Shown one piece after another: positions 44,901 to 52,325 of a stretch of 52,325 bases of DNA (positions within the stretch are counted from its first letter, which is position 1; each line of letters begins with the position of its first letter). Under the pieces are notes generated by a model. It was not told the origin of the DNA, did no database searches, and saw only the letters and a program-made list of their open reading frames with translations. The translations under genes and the position numbers were made by a program. Source of the DNA: Halocafeteria seosinensis (Eukaryota); NCBI GenBank assembly GCA_001687465.1, contig LVLI01000261.1, positions 1-52,325 on the forward strand. Reading direction: 5' to 3'.

Positions 44901-46879
44901 TCATCCGTGTAGCCATGCAGAGGAAACATTTAAGCCAATCAGTAACTTACATTGCTCATATGAGCTAGCGAGAAAGATACAAAAGGGAACAAAACGTCCA
45001 ACCATGTCTTTTCATCGAAGTGCTCAGAGAGAGAAATCAAGATGTTTATAGTTCCTGAAGAATCCAGCTTCAGTTAAAGAGAGGCCTCGCTGAAGGACTG
45101 AACAAAGATATTCACTTACGTATTGTAGGGTGGCACAACGCAAGTCTCAAGAGGAAGCGATTGCTGCAACGACTTTGAAGTAACGTGCTGTAAAGGTCGA
45201 GCCAGGCTGCGTGTCCCAAACACTCTGACTAACGAGTAAGCACAGAGGATCTAGATTTTGAAGGCAACCTACAGTCTGAACGCTCCCACTGGTGCTCTTC
45301 ATCATCCAACCGCAACAATTCTTCAGGACTCAAAACAGTGGAAACCCCATCAGTTCTGAGACCAGCTATAATTCCCCCAAGGACCGGCGACACCACGTCG
45401 GTTGCAGCTAACAGCGTCAGCATCGCCGGAAATGCGCAATCCGAGTCGGCGAGTGAGTAAAGTTTAGGATTCGCATCGTCTCGTTCTCTTTCTTCAGATC
45501 GTGCATCTGCCAACGCGTCATATAAAGAAACTATGACTTCGTTTATAAAGCCTCTCTGTGGGGCACTAGTTGATTGCTTCGTTGCACAGCCAAAAGTTTG
45601 TTCCGTATATGAGCGCGCGGAGTGTGGATTCTTCAAGGCCTCGTATAGCTCATTTAAGCTTTCATAACTGACATGCCGCGTGTTGCTGATTCTGCCCATT
45701 GCAAGTTGAATGCAATGGTCGCTTACTAATCCTCCCATATTCCAGGCGGCAGTCATAGTCTTCGAGTCTTTGGCAATCTGAATAGACCCGCTAAGCTTAC
45801 GTGTTACACTGAGGAGGTACGAAGCTACCTAACTTACTTTCAGAAGATGAAAGGCTACCATTGGAGCATAGCCACGCCCGTTTTCTCCCGCAATTGCACC
45901 AAGAACTCCTAAACTTGCATCTCTGCAGGAATTGCGTTACTGCAAAGAGTGTCATGCGTCTCGAATGGACACCGTGACTGACGTACTGTAAGATACCGGC
46001 ATCGTCACTTTCAGCAACAATACTACACAACTTAGGAATGTCCACAGGAAACGGAAACTTGGAAACCGTAGTTCCCTCTGTAGATCTATCAGCAAATAGT
46101 TTGCGTGCCAACGCAAATAGGTTCTGAAGCACAGCCAGGAAAAAGTCTATGGTACTCCTACACTATTCGGAAGGGTATATACACCGACATACTTGCAGAG
46201 TATCTAATATCTTTTTCCTTCTTTCCCAACTTAATCCACCAGAAGCTACTACAATTCTTTCGAGCCTAGGCACTCCTTCCTGCTTAATAATTTCCCAAAA
46301 TGGGTTGCCAGAAGCAGCTCCTCTGTCAGCAGCACAACTCGCAACCTTTTGAAGGCGTCTCGTTAGTGCAAATTCGATAAATAAAGCTTACTTTTCAACA
46401 AGTTCAGTGAACTTTGGTTTAGTAGCAAAGACTTTGAACATGTTACCGGCATGCTGCATACATATTCTGGAAAAAGTTCCAAAAACAGAAGATGACTGTG
46501 GGCACCTCAACCGGTTCTCGATAATTCAACTTACTCTTCTATCCAGCCATCAGCTCTTAGCGTAAGAATCTGGCCATACGCTCCGAGGAACGCTTTCAGC
46601 GCTTCCACCGTCTCTTCAATTATCTTGTGTTTATCCGAATCCTCTCGGGGTCCTTGGGCATAATTCTTTGCTTCCTCATACCATATCTGAAAAATATCAT
46701 CCGCGGCATCTCTGTAGGAGCATCAAAAGCGGATTCTCGGATGCGTTACAGCTTAAACAAACGACGGCAAGTACGGGAATCGCTTACGGAAGGGGAAATA
46801 CGCACCTTAATTGAGAAGAATCGGGCTTCCCTTCTCGAAAGCGCTGGGTGGCTTCCGCCACCTTCAAGTTCGCAGTCAT
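41943..46879 (-). CDS. Large multi-exon hypothetical protein (probably >1200 aa, alpha-helical, Pro-rich C-tail)
   Basis: Chain of minus-strand ORFs (45797-46132, 45229-45756, 44228-44800, 43968-44207, 43765-43965, 42714-43697, 42379-42696, 41943-42299) joined by GT-AG introns. Inferred start MTANLKVAEATQRFREGKPDSSQLR|DAADDIFQIWY. The 3' end is uncertain (a last intron could move the stop to ~41884). Confidence 0.7.
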
Positions 46880-47559
46880 TCTCTTAAGCCACCACAAATG
46901 TCGAAAAGTCTGCACGTCAGACCGTCTTTCCTATATGAGATAAATAAACTCACGCACAGATGACTATGTCAGACAATATACCGATTGTTGGATGTATAAT
47001 GCGAATAGGAAGATCCTTAAGGCTTAGCCAACACTCGGGGACGTCAACTTCAACCTGCCGAGTTACAAGTACTGTGCAAGTGGTAGGAAGTGTGAATGAA
47101 ATAAAGTGGCCATTCACCCTTCCAAAGCAAGTAGTTGTGCATTATTCGGTATGCTGTGCGGAAACATTCAATGCAGTAGACGACAAGGAGCGTAGTAGCT
47201 AGAGCAGGTTGGGTAGAGAAGAATTTATCCAACTACCGGTACTGTATCATCATGTCGTCTCGGGGAGGATAGAAGAGAGCAGTTCTAAACATTGAAAAAT
47301 GGTCATCAGACCAGAAACACTGGATAGAGACCTACCATAGGCCTTACATGGCGAGGTATCCCTGAAAACTTCAACGGGGTTCTTAGCGGTTACAGCTGAC
47401 TTTCAGAGGCCACATTCGTTCTTTCACTGACAAATACATTAAATACTTTTGAGTGGTATTGATACAACCCATACTGGAACTATAACGAAACTTGCTTATC
47501 TTGCTTCAAATTAAGAAAACATGCTTTTGCTTAGAGAGGTAATTGACAGAATGGAACGG

Positions 47560-47573
47560 AAAAAAAAAAAAAA
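47560..47573 (+). repeat. Poly(A)14 tract upstream of the intronless LRR ORF
   Basis: Seen directly. Confidence 0.9.
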
Positions 47574-47611
47574 GTAAAAGTAAACCACACGGTGACAGAT
47601 GATTAAGAGCA

Positions 47612-48976
47612 ATGGGAACAGTAACAGCAGTGCGCATAAAGGATTACTGCACTGTATCTAAGTCAATTAAGATGCAAGTACTTCGAATTTACCTACAATG
47701 GCTGCAGTATTACCAATACGGGGAATTGATTAAGTCAGGTTCCTCGAAATATCCAGGACCCTCCGCTCATCATTCCGACACAATCCACGATTATGGACTA
47801 AACCTTGGATCTTTTGCCCAGTATTGGGCCGACGTGGAGGCATACAAAGTGAGTGGAGTGTCGCCACCACAGCATACAGTGGTTACGTCTCTAAGCTGGC
47901 CAAAGTCGACCGTGACACTACTGAGGAAGGACAAAGCTGACAATACCAGAAACTCGCTCAGGCGTTTATTTTCATTGTTTCCTGACTTTAGCGGAAGACT
48001 GGAAGCCCCGGAAAATACTTTAGTTGATGAAGATTTCATAATGCTCTCTAATATCACTGAATTGGATATTTCCGCTACTCATCTACGGTTTCCGCCGGAG
48101 GAAGCGCTGAATCACTTACGAAGGTTGAAGACATTAGTTATGTCGGCATGTCCGGATAGCATATTTTCCAATAAAAACTGCTCTGTGCTTACCAACCTTC
48201 AGAAATTAACGATGTCCCGATGCAATCAATCTACAGTGAGTGATACGGTGTTTCATTTTTTCGGCGAGCTACGAGCGCTTGACCTGGCTTTCTGTGATCA
48301 GGAGACTATTACCGACAAAGCATTTTCGCATCTTTCAAAGTTAACAAAGCTCTTTATGAATCAATGTAAGCAATCTACTATTAGCGAAAAGGCTTTCGAG
48401 CACTTACCTAACGTCAAGACACTTAATATATCCGGTTGCGTGCAAACCGGACTGGGCAACGAAATGTTCAAACATCTTGGAAAGCTCAAAGAGTTGAGAA
48501 TGATTGGAGTTGACCAACCCTCAATTTCAGATCTGGCTTTTTCTCACCTATCAAGACTCAATGTGTTGGACATGTCGTGGTGCACACAGACGACGATAAC
48601 TGATATGGCGTTTCGACATTTGAGTTCTTTGGAATCCCTCAATATGTCCGCATGTACTCAGTCAACGATAACAGACAGAGCCTTTGCACATTTGAGAAGT
48701 TTGACGGCACTGTATTTGGCAGATTGCGATTATGTTCCTCAAAGGTTCAGTGCTTTGGCATCACAGCAAGGCTTGTTTGTTCTAGACATATCAAGGTGCA
48801 CTCAACTAAAACTGTCTGAAATCCCCTGCGGACTCCTTGGGCATCTTCAATGTCTCAGTGTCGACGGGCTCTCTCAAGATGCAAACACAATGAAAGAAGA
48901 CCTCAAATATGAACTGAAACAAAAATTGCCTGTCTCCTTTCCAAGGAGAATGGACATGGCTTTTACATATCTCTAA
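47612..48976 (+). CDS. Cysteine-containing LRR protein (24-aa repeats LxxLxMSxCxQxTITDxAFxHLxx); LRR region intronless
   Basis: 454-aa ORF with regular repeats LRALDLAFCDQETITDKAFSHLSK, LNVLDMSWCTQTTITDMAFRHLSS, LESLNMSACTQSTITDRAFAHLRS. True start uncertain. Confidence 0.85.
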   Translation: MGTVTAVRIKDYCTVSKSIKMQVLRIYLQWLQYYQYGELIKSGSSKYPGPSAHHSDTIHDYGLNLGSFAQYWADVEAYKVSGVSPPQHTVVTSLSWPKSTVTLLRKDKADNTRNSLRRLFSLFPDFSGRLEAPENTLVDEDFIMLSNITELDISATHLRFPPEEALNHLRRLKTLVMSACPDSIFSNKNCSVLTNLQKLTMSRCNQSTVSDTVFHFFGELRALDLAFCDQETITDKAFSHLSKLTKLFMNQCKQSTISEKAFEHLPNVKTLNISGCVQTGLGNEMFKHLGKLKELRMIGVDQPSISDLAFSHLSRLNVLDMSWCTQTTITDMAFRHLSSLESLNMSACTQSTITDRAFAHLRSLTALYLADCDYVPQRFSALASQQGLFVLDISRCTQLKLSEIPCGLLGHLQCLSVDGLSQDANTMKEDLKYELKQKLPVSFPRRMDMAFTYL

Positions 48977-49147
48977 GTTGTGTAAAGAACTTGGTATGAA
49001 CATTGTGTGAACTACCGGTATTGGTATTTGAGAATCATACTCATAAAATTCGAAGCCCCGATGAGAATGAATTTCTCTGTAGTCAATAGCTTTTTCTCGC
49101 CAATAGTTGAAATGACTCAAATTTCACATGGATACATTGCTCTATCG

Positions 49148-50557
49148 TCAGCAACGCGCGTAGCCCTTGTTGCTCAACTCAGTTCTTCTAGGTAACCAAC
49201 ACTCAGTGGAATAAGGATGTACACCCCGCAAAAAGGATTGTGTGAGTTCCATGTGACTGCGAGGATGGTCTCGGCTCTTCGCTCTACCTGTGCCGTCAGC
49301 ACCGTCTGTTTTCGGAAGCCTTTGACGATACATGGGGTCCGAAGGCGTAATGCAGGTCGCGTTTTCACGGTAGGTCTCCGACTGCTGTACCACTGTTACC
49401 ATACATGGTACTTCCGCCGGACTACCAGTGGGAGAGGACACAGGAAAGTTGGTGATCGCACGCGATCCGCGATATTTTCTTGCAGCCTCATCATATGCTT
49501 TCGCTGCGGCAGTGCTTGTGTCGAAATACCCGAGAGTGATCTTTCCCTTGTCGAGAGTAATAGTTGCCCTCCAGCAGCCGTCTTTACGGAGCTCGACGCC
49601 TCGAAACGGCCGTCTTCGTTCAGAAGATTCTTGCATCAGAGTAGCATTCTGCTGTTTTGGGGATTGGGATAATGCAGCCTCAATAGAAAAATATTGAGTC
49701 GTCTTCCTCTGCGTCACTTGCTCACAAGATTCAGCCGAGGAATGGAATTTACAGGCTGCAAGAGATCTAGGTCATATTGCGCTTAAGCCAGAGTCAATGT
49801 AAAATTTATTTACCTTTATCCTTCTGATCTGCAACGCAGGAGCCAGGTGGGCTTGCGTTGTCGCAGTGACCTCTGTAATTGTTGCAAAAATTCGCTTAAT
49901 TTCATTTCGCAGTCAGCACAAACATCAATCGTACCCCCTCCTTTTCCCGCAACGTCTTTGCCGCTTTCTACTCTTTCACCTTTCGTGATAGAGGCACTGT
50001 TATCACAATTCCGAGAGTTGGAGTCTGGAGGCGCAACAACCAACCATACTCCGCACTCGCGTTAGGGTACGCTAAAATTCCAACCAATACGCACCTATTC
50101 TGTCCGGCTGAGCGCGATATGTTTTCAAAGTTCGCAGAGCCTCACATGCTATTTCGAACAAGGATATGGGATCTTCTGAAGTACTCCTCGCAGTGGAATT
50201 TCCGACGAGTTGTCGCCATGACTCGCATGACTGGTTGGAGAAGACGTCCTTTGATGCAGGATCTGCGAAGGGTAGAACCGCAAAGCGCTACTGTATCAAT
50301 ACTGTATCTCTCGTTCGAAGGACGCCAGCTATGTTCGTACCTGACGATGAGGGGGAATCGGTAGCAGGTACCGCCCCTATCTTCGGGTCTGACTCTTTAG
50401 CCCCAAACTCCGTGCGGCTTCGTTTCGTTCTCGTAGAGGGATTCGGAGAAGGGGAGAAGTGTAGGCCCAGCGGCGCTAAAACCGGACTATCCAAAGGTCT
50501 TTTATGTTCTAGGATATTGCTTGAGTGACGTGATTGTACGAGCGAGTTGGTTGACAT
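49148..50557 (-). CDS. AP2/ERF-domain transcription factor (multi-exon; ends approximate)
   Basis: FRGVELRKDGCWRATITLDKGKITLGYFDTSTAAAKAYDEAARKYRGSRAITNFP is a complete AP2 domain. Upstream Ser/Pro-rich exons are inferred from MSTNSLVQ at 50557. Confidence 0.82.
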
Positions 50558-51819
50558 CGGAGCATGGTGAGTAACCTAGGTCTTTCATCCCTAGGCAATG
50601 GCTCGGTAAACCTTCGGTTTCCCTCGAAATGTTATGGTATATTACAAATCAATGCGCCTCATATAGAGGACAGTGGTAGACGATTGCGACATTCACAAAA
50701 CAAAGAAGGACGATTTATAACATTCATGAATCCCTGTGGCATCAATACTGATATAGAGGACATAGAAAATTGAATTCTACACCTAATATAGACATTCATA
50801 CATGTTTTCATTTATTCAAATCTCCTTATATAGCGTCAATAAATGAAGACGTGCTGACATTTTGACGTTGAAGTTGGACGTTTGAAGGAGTTCGAAGTTC
50901 GAACCAGTGGTGTGAATATTTGCAGCCCTCCCTGTGAAACTTCATATTTGACTTTTTGGTCGTAAAAAACTCTAGATTTGCCTTTTCAAATTTTTTGCAT
51001 TGACTTCGCTCGCATCAGGTTAAAGGAAGTTTGTACCGGTAGCTACAGAGCCAACTGAAACGACAAAACATAAAAGAAGAAAAAAATGGCTGCGATACAT
51101 ACCGCAAGGGTGCAATATCAAAGAGAAAGGCAACGAGGGAGTCGAAGAGGAATCCTTCGCAAGTAGCATCGAAGACTGTTTGGAGGGCCCATGTGGCGTC
51201 ACAGAAGACAAACACCTTCAAGAATGCCTATGTCGAGAGTCTAGACAAAGGAAAGAGCCTGAATGACGAGAATGTTTATCCATCTCGTTGAAGTGCTACG
51301 ACAACTTATTTTCCCTCCAAAACATGGAAACGAGAAAAGCACTGGGCAAGATGGCGGTTGTGATGGAGAAGACAAAGGATACTCTTTGTCTCAGCAGGAC
51401 GATGTGGAGTCGAAGCCTGAGGTGAACGTTGTCGGTAGTAGTAAAACGGCGGCGGATGATATTACCAGTGGTCTGAAACAATTTGGAATAACGAGTGAAC
51501 CATCAGGAGTCCAGTTTTTCCTGCTAAAACATGGAAGTGAGAAAGAACTGAGGCAATGGGGAACTTGAGAGGAAACATCCACCTTGTGTTGGACCAGGAG
51601 ACTCTCTGCCTCCACACGACGTTGCACAGTCAAAGTCTACAGTAAACGTTGTCGATACAAGTGAAGTGGTGGACAATGATAGTAACAGCAGTCGAGTGGT
51701 GAGCGAAATAGGTGTGCCTGCCCAAGCAAGCGTTTCCCTACCGGAGGGTTGTCGGAGCAGAACGCAGATCGATGATGAGATGCAGAACTACTCAGTCGTG
51801 TCAAGTGTGGGGCAAGGGC

Positions 51820-52325
51820 ATGGTAGTGCTGGCAGCAAAGGGCGAGTCAACAACACGGGGCCGATCACAAAGGATTTGCCTGGTTCATATCCGTAACGAT
51901 TACTTATAACCAAGGCCATGACGTGTTGGAGGCGGCGGCAAGTGATGGTCCAATTATTTGGACACGCTATCTTCCGCTGCGGATCTTGTTTTTCGCGGTC
52001 CTGGATGAAAATCGAAAGCCAGTGTTTAAAACTTTTGAAGAGTTCCACAATGCACTTCGTTCACAGCCCTTGGACCAAGAATTGGGAATTACAGTAGCAC
52101 CGGTTGATTTCCGCATGGAATGCGGCTCACAAATGGTGGCGAATCACGTGAATGGTGAAGCACAGTGCCTCAAGGACAAGCTCATCCCGCTCTTCGAAAG
52201 GGCACGGACTGAATGGTTCCACCTTAAGAACCTCCCAATGGTGAGGAGCGCAGAGATTAGGTTCATACGCAGGGCTTCAAACGCGGCTGCCGACCGCTTG
52301 GCTAAGACCGCGTCAAACAACCCAG
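51820..52325 (+). pseudogene. Degenerate RNase HI-like (archaeal/plant-type) domain, likely a retroelement relic, running off the window end
   Basis: Open frame to the end: ..VDFRMECGSQMVANHVNGEAQCLKDKLIPLFERA..EIRFIRRASNAAADRLAKTA, resembling GDSxLVxNQxxG and HVxRxxNxxADxLA. The GDS Asp is replaced, and the first strand (MVVLAAKGES) is in another frame. Confidence 0.6.

Noticed and set aside
1..52325. Variant genetic code, CRISPR array, tRNA or rRNA genes
   Set aside because: Conserved genes end correctly at TAA, TAG and TGA; no repeat-spacer arrays, cloverleafs or rRNA signatures were seen by eye.

Overview
Gene-dense eukaryotic nuclear DNA with short GT-AG introns (mostly ~55-95 nt). The actin signatures ([37 protein letters not shown]) point to a stramenopile protist. 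About 20 protein-coding genes can be reconstructed: an OPT/YSL transporter, GPN2, two tandem P2X receptor-like channels, actin, a CANT1-type apyrase, a GOLD-TTC39 fusion, a long-chain acyl-CoA synthetase, an LTA4H-type M1 aminopeptidase with an extra C-terminal tail anchor, a secreted LRR protein, a PH protein, ATAD3, RPS4, an E2F, a divergent EF-1alpha, TSR2, a large orphan gene, an intronless LRR gene and an AP2-domain gene. The left end holds a ~1.0-1.3 kb tandem duplication and a chromodomain fragment. The right end holds a degenerate RNase H-like domain. Highlights: (1) a 15-exon secreted LRR gene, almost invisible in the ORF track, in which each LRR sits on its own symmetric phase-2 exon (mostly 72 nt); (2) a pair of divergent P2X-like channels that appear to lack the canonical ATP-binding basic residues, about 5.5 kb from an apyrase gene; (3) a divergent EF-1alpha of the kind seen in EFL-bearing species. 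No rRNA, tRNA or CRISPR array was recognised. Exon boundaries are manual reads, not RNA-validated.
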